Of a stretch of 53,616 bases of DNA, positions 15,751 through 25,593 are shown piece after piece. Position numbers and translations under genes: made by a program. Under the pieces are notes generated by a model. The model saw nothing but the letters and a program-made list of their open reading frames with translations. It had not been told where the DNA came from and ran no database searches. The stretch's first letter is position 1; each line of letters begins with the position of its first letter. Where the stretch lies: IMG/VR virus record IMGVR_UViG_3300042881_003221, positions 1 to 53,616 of that record. One strand, written 5' to 3'. Origin of the DNA: a virus (lineage: Duplodnaviria > Caudoviricetes).

Positions 15751-17634
15751 ATGAACATGGATATCATCAACAAGACTGCCGTTTCTGACGGCGGCTCCCT
15801 TGAGTTTGTCCTGTCCGATGCGACGGTTGACCGTTATGGCGATATCGTTGACCAGTCGGGTTGGGACCTTCGCGATTTCAAGCGCAACCCGATTGCCCTG
15901 TTCGGCCATTCGTCTTCATTTCCGATTGGAACATGGTCGAATGTCCGGGTGGAAGGCGGAAAGCTACTGGCGAGGCTTGATCTGGCGGCTCGCGGCACAA
16001 GCCAGCGGATCGACGAACTGATCGGTCTTGTTGAACAGAAGATTTTACGTGCCGTTTCCGTGGGTTTTTTTCCCATGGAATGGGAGCCAATCGACAAAGA
16101 CAAGCCCTACGGCGGACAGCGATACACCAAGCAAAAGCTTGTTGAATGTTCGTTGTGTTCCGTTCCGGCAAACCCATCGGCGCTCGCCTTAGCGAAGTCG
16201 CTGAACCTATCCCCCGAAACCATGTCCCTAGCCTTTGGCGAGCAAGCCGGAGTGAGGCAACGGGCCATTTCGGGCCTTGGCGGGAACGCCTCCAAACCTT
16301 TTATAACCCAAAGGCAAACGCCAATGACCACCCTTTCCGAGCGGATTGAAGCCGCCGAAACTGACCTGACCGCCAAGCGTGACCGTCTTGTTCAACTGAG
16401 CGGCATGGACGATCCCGACCTGGACGCCATCGACGAGTTGAACACGCAGGTTGATCACGTGGAACGCACGATCAAGACCCTTCGCGCGTCCGAACAGAAG
16501 ATCGGCTTGACCGCGACGCCGAACGCCCCCGCCATCATCCGCAACCCGCTGGGTCGCATGGGAAAGGATGTCAGTGGCCTTGATCTGCTCGTTCGTGCCG
16601 CCGTGGTTCGTGGCATTGCCCACTTTGGCAACAAGTCCGTCGATCAGGTTCTTCAGGAACGCTACAACGGCCACGAGCCAACGGCGCTGATCGTCAAGGC
16701 TGACCAGACCATCGGCACCACCACGGTCTCCGGCTGGGCTTCCGAGGTTGTTCAGACCGCATATGCTGACTTCCTGCAAGCCCTGACGCCGTTCTCCATT
16801 TATCCGGCGCTTCGCTCGCGCGGCATCGGCCTGAGCTTCGACGGTATCGGCACTGTGTCCATTCCGAGCCGGACGGCTGGCGGCGCAGGTGGCGGGTTCG
16901 TTGCCGAGGGTTCGCCCATCCGTGTCGGTCGCATCACGACTGCCGCAACGACCATGACGCCGAAGAAGCTGGGTGTCATTGTCCCGTTCTCTCGCGAACT
17001 GGCCAAGCGCAGCACTCCGGCGATTGAGGCTTTGGTGCGGCAGGCGATTCTTGAAGACACGGCGGCCATTCTGGACGCTGCCCTTCTGGATGCGACTGCC
17101 GTCAGCACCGCGCGCCCTGCCGGCTTGCTGAACGGCGTGTCGGCTGCCGCGTCCGGCTATGGTGGTGGCGACTACGCTGCCGTCCTGGCGGACTTCAAGG
17201 CTCTGATGGCGCCGTTCTTCGCGGCCAACGCGGCGGACAACATCACTGTCGTCATGAACCCCGCTCAAGGTCTGGCAATGTCCATGATGCCCGGCCCGGA
17301 CGGTGTGATTGGGAGTTTCATGACCGCCATTCAGGGCCGGGTGAACTTCGTCGAAAGCACCAGCGCCACGGCCAACCGCCTGATCGCCATTCGCAATTCC
17401 GACTTCGCGACGGCGTTGGGCGATGCGCCGGAGTTCGACGTGTCCGAACAGGCGACGGTCCACATGGAAGACACCACGGCGCTGGAAATCGTGTCCGGCA
17501 CCGGCCCGACGACGGCCGATCCGGTTCGTTCGTTCTTCCAGACCGCCACCATCGGCGTGCGTATGCTGATGGACGTGTCCTGGAAGATGCGCCGGTCCGG
17601 CATGGTCCAGTGGATCGACGGCACGTCCTACTGA
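15751..17634 (+). CDS. Fused HK97-type prohead protease + major capsid protein
   Basis: DRYGDIV..NPIALFGH..PIG..LRAVSVGF..ECSLCSVPANP protease; then coiled coil and FVAEGSPI..TPKKLGVIVPFSREL..PAGLLN capsid fold. Confidence 0.93.
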   Translation: MNMDIINKTAVSDGGSLEFVLSDATVDRYGDIVDQSGWDLRDFKRNPIALFGHSSSFPIGTWSNVRVEGGKLLARLDLAARGTSQRIDELIGLVEQKILRAVSVGFFPMEWEPIDKDKPYGGQRYTKQKLVECSLCSVPANPSALALAKSLNLSPETMSLAFGEQAGVRQRAISGLGGNASKPFITQRQTPMTTLSERIEAAETDLTAKRDRLVQLSGMDDPDLDAIDELNTQVDHVERTIKTLRASEQKIGLTATPNAPAIIRNPLGRMGKDVSGLDLLVRAAVVRGIAHFGNKSVDQVLQERYNGHEPTALIVKADQTIGTTTVSGWASEVVQTAYADFLQALTPFSIYPALRSRGIGLSFDGIGTVSIPSRTAGGAGGGFVAEGSPIRVGRITTAATTMTPKKLGVIVPFSRELAKRSTPAIEALVRQAILEDTAAILDAALLDATAVSTARPAGLLNGVSAAASGYGGGDYAAVLADFKALMAPFFAANAADNITVVMNPAQGLAMSMMPGPDGVIGSFMTAIQGRVNFVESTSATANRLIAIRNSDFATALGDAPEFDVSEQATVHMEDTTALEIVSGTGPTTADPVRSFFQTATIGVRMLMDVSWKMRRSGMVQWIDGTSY

Positions 17635-17642
17635 CCCAACTA

Positions 17643-17675
17643 GCGCGGGGCCTTCGGGTCCCGCGTTTCGTTTTG
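17643..17675 (+). terminator. Intrinsic terminator after the capsid gene
   Basis: GCGCGGGGCC-TTCG-GGTCCCGCGT then TTCGTTTT. Confidence 0.8.
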
Positions 17676-17702
17676 TCCGCGTGAGTGCGGGGGAGAAGCC
17701 CT

Positions 17703-18074
17703 ATGACCGTTCGCAGATTTGTTGTTCCAATGACCGTTGACGCCAGCGGTGATGGCACGTTCTACACGCCGCCCATCTATGGGCATCTGGTGTCATTCCG
17801 GTATGTGAAAACGAACTTCACCGATGGTATCGACTTCGTTTGCACGCTGGAAACGACAGGGGAAACGCTGTGGGCTGAAGACAGCGTGGACGCGTCAGCA
17901 ACGCGCCACCCTCGCGCGGCCACGCATTCCACCGCCGGGGCTGCGTCTCTCTATGCTGCCGGCGGAACGGCTGTAAACGGGCGCATCGCCATCGGCGGTG
18001 ACCGTATCAAGATCGTGGTGGACGGCGCGGGCAATGCGACCACCGGCACGCTTCACGTTACGATCGACGGGTGA
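17703..18074 (+). CDS. Putative head decoration protein, paralogue 1
   Basis: Thr/Gly-rich beta protein after the MCP; clearly similar to the next gene. Confidence 0.6.
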   Translation: MTVRRFVVPMTVDASGDGTFYTPPIYGHLVSFRYVKTNFTDGIDFVCTLETTGETLWAEDSVDASATRHPRAATHSTAGAASLYAAGGTAVNGRIAIGGDRIKIVVDGAGNATTGTLHVTIDG

Positions 18075-18080
18075 ACGGCA

Positions 18081-18467
18081 ATGGCACGCTCTCGCAAATT
18101 CACGGTCGTGGCGACTTCTGACGGGTCGCAGGTTGGCACGCATTACACGCCGTATGTGTCGGGCTACGTCGAAAGCATTCAGTATGTGAAGGACGGCACG
18201 ACGCCATACACCGACGGCGTTGACTTCACCATCACAGCGGACGTAACCGGCGAAAACATCTGGACGGATACGAACATCAACGCATCCGAAGTGGTCCGTC
18301 CTCGCGCAGCGACGTGCAGCACGGCCGGGGTTGCGTCGCTTTATGCTGCGGCCGGCGCGGCAGTGAATGACCGTATCGCGTTGTCTCGCGATCGGTTCAA
18401 GATCGTGCTGGCACAGGCCGGCGCGTCGAAAACAGGGACCTTTGTTTTCACGGTGGCGGACGCATGA
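18081..18467 (+). CDS. Putative head decoration protein, paralogue 2
   Basis: Shares YTP..YVK..TDG.DF..TGE..W..PRAAT.STAG.ASLYAA..VN.RIA..DR.KIV with paralogue 1. Confidence 0.6.
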   Translation: MARSRKFTVVATSDGSQVGTHYTPYVSGYVESIQYVKDGTTPYTDGVDFTITADVTGENIWTDTNINASEVVRPRAATCSTAGVASLYAAAGAAVNDRIALSRDRFKIVLAQAGASKTGTFVFTVADA

Positions 18468-18721
18468 ACGAAGTCTGGTATGTGATGACGGATGGTTCGG
18501 TGGGTGATCCTGCCGAGATTTCCGCCGGCCCTGATGGCGTGCTTCGGCATGTCGACGGGCGCACCGTGGCGTATCGCGATCATGGGCCGAGGGCGCGGAT
18601 GATTGATCCGGTTGCGGAGCGGGCGAAGATTGCCGCCGCGTCTGCGAAGCCCGAAGCCAAGGAAGTGAAGCCGGCGGCGCAGGCTGGCGGGTATCGCACG
18701 CGCGAAGCCAAGGCCGGCTAA
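18464..18721 (+). CDS. Small head-region protein
   Basis: Ends ..YRTREAKAG, as often seen before the portal in this gene order. Confidence 0.65.
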   Translation: MNEVWYVMTDGSVGDPAEISAGPDGVLRHVDGRTVAYRDHGPRARMIDPVAERAKIAAASAKPEAKEVKPAAQAGGYRTREAKAG

Positions 18722-18722
18722 C

Positions 18723-20105
18723 TTGGGCATCCTGTCCCGCATCTTCAAACGCAAAGAGAAAGCCGTAGAAGGCCAATATCGCCCCGGTCCCTACCAGATC
18801 GACGGCGGCTGGCTTTCTGCGACGGCGGGCCGCTACATCAATTGGTGGCAGAACGGATACAGCATTCAGCCGTCCGGCGAAGCAAGCGCCATGGTGGAAG
18901 CCTGCGTTTCTGCCTATGCACAAACCGTGGCCATGTGCCCCGGCGATCACTGGCGGAAGATGCCAGATGGCGGGCGCGAACGGGTTGCCAACTCTGCACT
19001 AAGCCGCATCCTCCGCCGGCCGAACGATTATCAGTCGATTTCTGATTTGCTGATGAACCTGACGCGCCGGACCTATACGCATGGCGAGGCGTTCGCGCTG
19101 GCGATCCGCAACGACCGTAGCGAAATTATCGAGTTGCACCAGATGCGGAGCGGTCTCGCCATGGTGGCGACGGACGGTTCCATCTTCTACGGTCTGAGCG
19201 GCAATGAGATTGCAGACAGGCGGTATGATCTGTCGGCTCCTATCCCTGCGCGCGACGTGCTTCACATTCGGTTGCACACCCCGCAACATCCGCTCAAGGG
19301 AGTGTCACCGATCCTGGCCACGACGCTTGAGCTTTCCATGTCCGGCGCCGCGCTCAATCAGCAGGTGGCGTTTTACCTGAACCAAGCCCGTCCTTCCTTT
19401 ATGTTGGAGACGGATGAAAAGCTGACGAGCCAGCAGACCAACGACCTTCGCGACCGCTGGAATGCACAGACGCAGGGCGAAAACGCGGGCGGCACGCCTA
19501 TCCTTGCGTGGGGTCTGAAGGCAAAGCCTGTGGTTTCGAGTGCCCACGATGGGCAGCTTGTCGAAATGCTCAAGATGACGGATCAGAACGTCGCGTTGGC
19601 GTTCCGGCTTCCGTTGCAGGTTCTTGGGCTGGGTGGAACCACGTTCGCATCCACTGAACTGCTCATGCAATCGTGGATCGCGTCCGGTCTCGGGTTCTGC
19701 CTCAACCACATCGAGGAAGCGTTCGGGCTTCTGTTCCGGCTTAAGGGTATGCCGGATGAATACATGGAACTCGACACGCGGGCGCTTCTTCGCAGTGCTT
19801 ACCGCGAACAGATTGAGGCCCTACGGACAGGCGTGATCGGCGGCATTTACAGCCCGGATGAAGCCCGCGCGACGGTCGACCTTCCGGCGGTGCCAGGTGG
19901 CCACGGCGCAATGCCTCGCGTGCAACAGCAGGTGGTTCCGTTGTCCTACGGGACCGACATGAAGCCTACGCAACCGGCCCCCGCTGCGGCCCCCACACCA
20001 GAGCCGGACCCGGCAGAGGATGACGCGGCCGATGAACAGTCTACCGACCGTGCCCTTGCCGCGTTTCGCCAAGCCAATGAGCGACACCTTGCGCTCACAA
20101 ATTGA
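18723..20105 (+). CDS. HK97-family portal protein
   Basis: VEACVSAYAQTVA..ILRRPN..HGEAF..DVLHIR..GVSPI..VALAFRLP..SPDEAR; TTG start. Confidence 0.93.
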   Translation: MGILSRIFKRKEKAVEGQYRPGPYQIDGGWLSATAGRYINWWQNGYSIQPSGEASAMVEACVSAYAQTVAMCPGDHWRKMPDGGRERVANSALSRILRRPNDYQSISDLLMNLTRRTYTHGEAFALAIRNDRSEIIELHQMRSGLAMVATDGSIFYGLSGNEIADRRYDLSAPIPARDVLHIRLHTPQHPLKGVSPILATTLELSMSGAALNQQVAFYLNQARPSFMLETDEKLTSQQTNDLRDRWNAQTQGENAGGTPILAWGLKAKPVVSSAHDGQLVEMLKMTDQNVALAFRLPLQVLGLGGTTFASTELLMQSWIASGLGFCLNHIEEAFGLLFRLKGMPDEYMELDTRALLRSAYREQIEALRTGVIGGIYSPDEARATVDLPAVPGGHGAMPRVQQQVVPLSYGTDMKPTQPAPAAAPTPEPDPAEDDAADEQSTDRALAAFRQANERHLALTN

Positions 20106-21279
20106 GGCGCTCGCTGGCGAACTTGGCGCAACGGCGGCCCGGATCGAGAAGGCACTACAACAGAAGTTCGATTTGATGGCGGCTGAGTTGCGGGCCAAGA
20201 TTGCTGAATTGGAATTGCGGGCAGTCAGCGCCGAACGCGCCTCGGCCGATATGGTTTCGGCCCGGTTGGCGACTGTTCGGGATGGCGAGCCGGGCCGGTC
20301 GGTGACGCTTGAAGACGTGGCGCCTCTCATTCGCGCCGAGGTGGAACGGGCAGTTGCATCACTGCCGCCGGCAAAAGATGGCAACGACGCAGACCCCGAA
20401 TTTATCCGCGCGATGGTCGACAAAGCCGTTGCGGAGTTGCCCCCTGCTGAAAAGGGAAAGGATGCTGATCCTGCCGTTATCGCGGCGATGGTCCGCGAGG
20501 AAGTGGCGAAACTGCCTCCGCCGGAGCCGGGTCGGAATGCAGATATCGAGGATGTGCGTCCGATCGTGGTGGCACTGGTAGCGGAAGCCGTCGCGGCTAT
20601 CCCGCCGGCTGAAAAGGGCAAGGATGCTGATCCGGCTGTAATCCGCCAGATGGTGGTCGAGGAAGTGGCGCGCATTCCCGCCCCACAGGACGGCCAGGAC
20701 GCCGATCCCGCTGTCATCCGATCCATGGTGGACGAAGCAGTCGCGGGCGCCGTCTCCGCGCTTCCTCCGCCTGCCAAGGGCGACCCAGGCCCGCCGGGTC
20801 GTCTGTCTGCGGTCAAGGCTTGGACGGACCGCGTGTATTACGACGGCGACATTGTGACGCTGGACGGTTCCACATTCCAGGCGATCCGTGACACAGGGCG
20901 ACAACCGCCTCATGACGATTGGGTTTGCGTCGCACAGGCAGGTCGTGCGGGTGTTGATGGTCGGTCGTTTGCGATCCGTGGAACCTGGGAACCTGACGGG
21001 CTGTATCGTGAACTGGATGTTGTCGCGATGAACGGCGCTTCGTTCGTGGCCAAGTCCGACGACCCCGGCCCCTGCCCCGGCGATGGCTGGCAACTAATGT
21101 CGGCGCAAGGCAAGCGCGGCAAACCCGGCGATCCTGGGTTGAAGGGTAATGTCGGACCCAAAGGACCGGCGGTAATTGGTCTTGGCATTGACGAAAACGG
21201 CATCCAGACGCTTCGCAACGCCGATGGCACAACGGTATCGTGCGACTTCTACCCGCTTTTGTCGCGGCTTGACCGATAA
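20077..21279 (+). CDS. Repeat/collagen-like head-associated protein
   Basis: N-terminal coiled coil, ~6 repeats of LPPxxxGxDADPxxIxxMVxxxVA, Gly-X-Y segments, two small W..Y..D.V..G.F.A modules. Confidence 0.75.
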   Translation: MSDTLRSQIEALAGELGATAARIEKALQQKFDLMAAELRAKIAELELRAVSAERASADMVSARLATVRDGEPGRSVTLEDVAPLIRAEVERAVASLPPAKDGNDADPEFIRAMVDKAVAELPPAEKGKDADPAVIAAMVREEVAKLPPPEPGRNADIEDVRPIVVALVAEAVAAIPPAEKGKDADPAVIRQMVVEEVARIPAPQDGQDADPAVIRSMVDEAVAGAVSALPPPAKGDPGPPGRLSAVKAWTDRVYYDGDIVTLDGSTFQAIRDTGRQPPHDDWVCVAQAGRAGVDGRSFAIRGTWEPDGLYRELDVVAMNGASFVAKSDDPGPCPGDGWQLMSAQGKRGKPGDPGLKGNVGPKGPAVIGLGIDENGIQTLRNADGTTVSCDFYPLLSRLDR

Positions 21280-21905
21280 TGCTCACGGTCACCACACCGG
21301 CAACGGATCGGTTGTTGCTCACGCTGGCTGAAATCCAGTCCGCAACGGGCGTGACGGGTGCGACTTACAACACGGAACTGACTGCCCTCAACGCCCGCGT
21401 TGCCTCAGCTTTGGCGCGGGAATGCTGCATTCCGGTTGGTGGTGCGAACCCTCCGACGTTCCGCGTGGAAACCCTGACGGAAGTGTTCCGGATTGTGGTT
21501 GGTGCGCGGTATCTGCCGTTGTCGCGGTGGCCTGTCACGTCGATCACGTCGGTGGTTGTCGACGGATCGACCTTGGACGCGGCGAATTACGAGACAGATG
21601 AAGCGGCCGGTTGGCTCTATCGGCTGGCAAGTGATGAATTGTCGTATTGGTCCGCGACCAAGATCACGGTTGTTTATGTTGCAGGATGGGCAACCGTTCC
21701 GGACGATTTGAAGTTGGCCGCGTCCAAGTTGGCGCGGATGCTTTGGGCGGAAGACGGACCGAACGCGCGGACGGACCCGAACCTTAAGCGCCAACGGATT
21801 GAGGGCGTAGGTGAGCGGGAATGGTGGGTGCCACCGCCGGATGATGAATTGCTGTCTTCGGAAATCAAGGGGCTGATTGGCCCGTATCGGCATAGGGCAA
21901 TTTGA
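21279..21905 (+). CDS. Head-tail connector (adaptor) protein
   Basis: LLTLAEI..LSRWPVTSITSV..ITVVYVAGW..VPDDLKLA..LIGPYR. Confidence 0.85.
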   Translation: MLTVTTPATDRLLLTLAEIQSATGVTGATYNTELTALNARVASALARECCIPVGGANPPTFRVETLTEVFRIVVGARYLPLSRWPVTSITSVVVDGSTLDAANYETDEAAGWLYRLASDELSYWSATKITVVYVAGWATVPDDLKLAASKLARMLWAEDGPNARTDPNLKRQRIEGVGEREWWVPPPDDELLSSEIKGLIGPYRHRAI

Positions 21906-22295
21906 ATGGCCATCCCCGGCGTCTACAGCCTCGCATCCGAAACGATAACCACGGCAGTGACGGCACAGGCGCAAACCGCCATCGACAACCTGGACGGCAT
22001 GACGAGCGCGACATTCGAGGCGACGTTCTCGGGCACGGGCGGATCAACGGCTGTTGCTCTGATCCAGTCGCGCATGGGTTCCGCCGGGGTATGGCGAGAG
22101 ATTGCCTCCATCGACTTCGCGGCGGCCGGCGCCAAATCATGCACGGTCGTATCCACAGCCGCCACGCCCGCCGCGTTCGCCACGCTGTCAGCTAACTCGG
22201 TGCTGAATTGGCTTGGAACGGAACTGCGGGCGGTGGTGACGACAACCGGGACGTGGGCTAACGGTGCGCTGGCGGTGAGGGTGCATGTGGCGTGA
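21906..22295 (+). CDS. Virion structural protein (beta-sandwich, unknown)
   Basis: Ala/Thr-rich 129 aa in the morphogenesis cluster. Confidence 0.65.
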   Translation: MAIPGVYSLASETITTAVTAQAQTAIDNLDGMTSATFEATFSGTGGSTAVALIQSRMGSAGVWREIASIDFAAAGAKSCTVVSTAATPAAFATLSANSVLNWLGTELRAVVTTTGTWANGALAVRVHVA

Positions 22296-22537
22296 TACTT
22301 GATCCGAAAACGCCCGGCGCTCGGGACGCGCGGGTAATCGACACGGACACCGGAGCGGAAATCCAATTCGTATGCCGGTTGGACAGTGAAACGGGTTTTG
22401 TCGAACGGCTTTCATATGTCGATGGGAAGCCGGAACTGTCCGAAGACGGTAGCCGCTATCTCCAAATCGAGGAGCGCCGCAATTTCCGCGTGGTCCATCG
22501 GACCACTGGCCAACTGATCTGCCAGCATCCGCGATGA
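22292..22537 (+). CDS. Hypothetical protein
   Basis: GTGA/ATGA-coupled 81-aa ORF. Confidence 0.6.
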   Translation: MILDPKTPGARDARVIDTDTGAEIQFVCRLDSETGFVERLSYVDGKPELSEDGSRYLQIEERRNFRVVHRTTGQLICQHPR

Positions 22538-22911
22538 CCTTCCAATCCGACCTAGACCAATTCCTACGCGCAGACGGCCAAGACGTGATCCTCCGCCGCA
22601 TCACCGGCACCACAAACCAAGTCGCCGTCGACTGCCCCTGCCGCGCGCTTGTCCGAGGCTACCAGCCCAAGGAACTGGCCGGCGGGATCATCCAAGGCGA
22701 TACGCACGTTATCCTGTCCGCGACCGATATCAACCGCGCGCAATGGCCGGGTGGCGAGCCTGTAACGAACCCGCCGGCTTTGACTGATCCACGCATCCCC
22801 CGCAAGGGCGATCGGGTCATCATCGAGGGCAAGGCGCGGACTGTGGAATACGCGTCCCCCACGTCCATCAACGGCATTCTTCACCGCATAGATTTGACCG
22901 TCCGAGGCTAA
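22534..22911 (+). CDS. Putative head-closure protein
   Basis: GQDVILRR..VRGYQPKELAGGIIQGD..PRKGDRVII..LTVRG. Confidence 0.75.
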   Translation: MTFQSDLDQFLRADGQDVILRRITGTTNQVAVDCPCRALVRGYQPKELAGGIIQGDTHVILSATDINRAQWPGGEPVTNPPALTDPRIPRKGDRVIIEGKARTVEYASPTSINGILHRIDLTVRG

Positions 22912-23340
22912 ATGTCCCGCTCCATCGTCCGCGCTGCCGTAGTCGCTCATATCGCGGCCGGGTGGACGTTTGCGCCCGTCATTACGCAAAACGTTGCAGG
23001 CTCGCCCCCCGAACCGACTGGCACGGACCCGACGCCGTATCTGTTCATCGAGATCAGCAACAATAGCACGGAACAGGCATCGACGGGCGAAGCCGAACCG
23101 GCCGGCAACCGATGGGATGAATACGGGCAGGTGTTCTTCCACATATACACCCCGTCCGGTTCTGGCGTGGCGTTGTCCGATCAGTATGCCGACGCGATCG
23201 TTGAGTTGTTCCGTGGCCAGACGCTGGCCACCAACATTGAATTTCACGACTTCAACGGCGATGTTGGCGGACCCGGCGACGTGAACGGCAATTACTACCG
23301 CGTGAGCGTGTCGGTCGATTGGATCATGCGCGGTGGTTGA
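22912..23340 (+). CDS. Putative tail terminator protein
   Basis: PYLFIEI..RWDEYGQVFFHIYTPSGSG..ADAIVELFRG..YRVSVSVDW. Confidence 0.75.
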   Translation: MSRSIVRAAVVAHIAAGWTFAPVITQNVAGSPPEPTGTDPTPYLFIEISNNSTEQASTGEAEPAGNRWDEYGQVFFHIYTPSGSGVALSDQYADAIVELFRGQTLATNIEFHDFNGDVGGPGDVNGNYYRVSVSVDWIMRGG

Positions 23341-23884
23341 AGCGACATGGCGCGCAGTCGAAACATTCGACACGGCAAACCGTCGCATCAAGCCGACCTT
23401 TGTGCTGGCGGATGCTGACGGAACGCTTGCGGTCGATGCCGATGGCGACACGGTAGGCGGGCTGGTCAAGTTGGTGATCAGCCGTGACGAAGTGCTTGGA
23501 CCGAAACCGTTTGATGCGCTGGCGTTGTTGGAGTTTGTGGAAGTGAATTATGCTGACCTGAGCACGACCATTGCGGATGGTGCGTCGCTATCGTCCGCAG
23601 TTCCGCTTTCCCGCCGGCCCGTGCTTTGGTTCACGATCCCGAACGGTTGGGATGATGCGGTCCTTACGTTCCAGGTCTCCACGGACGGGATTACGTTCTA
23701 CGAGCTTTTGACGGAAGCCGGCGCCGCTGTGTCCCTGACCGTATCGGCCGGCACCGCGACCCGAACCACCAACTTGGACCAATGGGCCGGGTTCAATTAC
23801 CTCAAGATCAGGTCTGGCACCTCCGGAACGCCTGTCAACCAGTCGGGCGCCGTCACAATCCTTCTCACAGTCAGGGACGCTTAA
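23333..23884 (+). CDS. Virion structural protein (C-terminal beta-sandwich)
   Basis: TIADGASLS..LTFQVSTDGITFYEL..YLKIRSGT..VNQ. Confidence 0.6.
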   Translation: MVEATWRAVETFDTANRRIKPTFVLADADGTLAVDADGDTVGGLVKLVISRDEVLGPKPFDALALLEFVEVNYADLSTTIADGASLSSAVPLSRRPVLWFTIPNGWDDAVLTFQVSTDGITFYELLTEAGAAVSLTVSAGTATRTTNLDQWAGFNYLKIRSGTSGTPVNQSGAVTILLTVRDA

Positions 23885-23885
23885 C

Positions 23886-24110
23886 ATGCGATACGCAGTG
23901 TTGCGGCCATTCAACACGCCGTCGCGTCGTTTTGCGATCGGTGATGTTGTCTGGGCCGAGGATATCGACGGTCCCGTTTCCGTCGCAGACCGGGCCGATA
24001 CCGGGTTCATCCAACCCAACGACCCTGATCATCCGGTGGCGCCGTTGACGATGCGCCGGAACGAAGCCCTGCCCCCGCCCGTCGTGAAGGACAACGAAGA
24101 TGACGTCTAG
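23886..24110 (+). CDS. Hypothetical protein
   Basis: 74-aa ORF before the tail tube gene. Confidence 0.6.
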   Translation: MRYAVLRPFNTPSRRFAIGDVVWAEDIDGPVSVADRADTGFIQPNDPDHPVAPLTMRRNEALPPPVVKDNEDDV

Positions 24111-25581
24111 CAATCGCACTCAAATCACGTCCGTTCGCGAGGTCACAGTCGGCACCACGCCGGGCACCCCGCGTATGCGGTTGCGGCGCGTCAATGGCGA
24201 GACGTTGCAGCTTGTCCCGACCTTTGCGGCGTCCAACGAAATGCGGTCGGATCGCATGGCGTCTGACATCATCCGCCTTGGCAAGCAATCCAGCGGCGAT
24301 CTGCCCTACGACCTGATCTATCCTTTTCCGGATAGCCCAAACGACAGCGATCTGTGTTCCGCGTTCTACAACGATTTCACCAATCGTGCGACGCGGTTCA
24401 ATGATGGGATGGCGGATAGCGTCATCACCGCCGTTGCCACGTCTGGCGAAGTCGTGACATGCACCACCGGAACGGCTTTCGTTGCTGGCCAGCTTGTGCG
24501 CCTGACAGGCTTTGGGGTGACGGGCAACAACGTCATCGCGAAATGCACCACAGGCAGCGCAACGGTCCCCGCATTCGTCGGCGCTGGCCTGACTGACGAA
24601 GCCGCCCCCGCTGCCGCCGCACGCATGAAGGTGGTCGGGTTCCAGGGCGCGTCGGGCGATATCACGGCAACGTCAACCGGCCTCGGTTCCACGGCTCTGG
24701 ATTTCACCACCCTGGGCCTGGCAGTCGGGCAGTGGGTCAAGATCGGTGGCAGCGCGACGGCGGACAAATTCGCCACGGCGGCTTTGAACGGCACCGCGCG
24801 CATCACGGCCATTGGCGCCACAGCCCTTACGCTGGATCACCTCCCCACCGGATGGACCACCGACGCGGGCACGTCGAAGACAATCAAGGTTTGGATTGGC
24901 GACCAGATCAAGAACGGCACGACGCAGGTCGGCCAGACCATCGAACGCGGCTTTCTCGGCCAAGGCACGCCGAACTACTTCGTGCATGCCGGTATGGTCG
25001 TTGCACAAGCCAACATCAGCATGGCGCTCAATCAGCCGATCACCCTCGCGAACACGTATCAGGGCATGGGTGGTTCTGTCAGCACGTCGCCGCTGGATGC
25101 CTCCCCGGATGCGTCGCTTGTGCTGGCGTCCTTCCCACCGTTCGTCACGCGCGTGCATGTCGCGCGGGTGACGGAAGCGGGAACCACGATCGCCTCCCCC
25201 AACTTCCTTCGCGGTATGACCATCGTCATCAACAACAACTCGACGATGATCGAAGCCATTGACGCCGAAACGGCGCAGGGCATCACTGGCCATGCGGTGG
25301 ACGTGACCGGCACGGCCGAGTTTTACTTTGGCAACAATGCGTTGCTGACCAAGTATCTGGCCGGCACCCCAACGTCGCTTTCGACCTACGCCTACAACTC
25401 GCTTTCCGGGCAGGCGCTCATCTTCGCCATCCCCCGCGTGATCTTCGCAGGCGACGGTTCCCCGAACGCGAGCGGCCGGAACGTGGACGTGATGCTTCCC
25501 CTGTCATGGACAGCATCGAAAGACGAGACGGTGACCGGCGCGATGATTACGCTGGATCGTTTCGAGTATGTGGAAAACTGA
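24100..25581 (+). CDS. Major tail tube protein with inserted beta domains
   Basis: SSNRTQI..E.T.GTTP..SNEMRSDR..; C-terminal VTGTAEFYF..FAIPRV..; two internal F.AGQ.V...G repeats. Confidence 0.85.
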   Translation: MTSSNRTQITSVREVTVGTTPGTPRMRLRRVNGETLQLVPTFAASNEMRSDRMASDIIRLGKQSSGDLPYDLIYPFPDSPNDSDLCSAFYNDFTNRATRFNDGMADSVITAVATSGEVVTCTTGTAFVAGQLVRLTGFGVTGNNVIAKCTTGSATVPAFVGAGLTDEAAPAAAARMKVVGFQGASGDITATSTGLGSTALDFTTLGLAVGQWVKIGGSATADKFATAALNGTARITAIGATALTLDHLPTGWTTDAGTSKTIKVWIGDQIKNGTTQVGQTIERGFLGQGTPNYFVHAGMVVAQANISMALNQPITLANTYQGMGGSVSTSPLDASPDASLVLASFPPFVTRVHVARVTEAGTTIASPNFLRGMTIVINNNSTMIEAIDAETAQGITGHAVDVTGTAEFYFGNNALLTKYLAGTPTSLSTYAYNSLSGQALIFAIPRVIFAGDGSPNASGRNVDVMLPLSWTASKDETVTGAMITLDRFEYVEN

Positions 25582-25593
25582 TAGGAGCAACCT

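Noticed and set aside
16228-17463. Long - strand ORFs opposite capsid, portal and tape-measure genes
   Set aside because: Typical antisense open frames of high-GC coding DNA with no motifs or SD.
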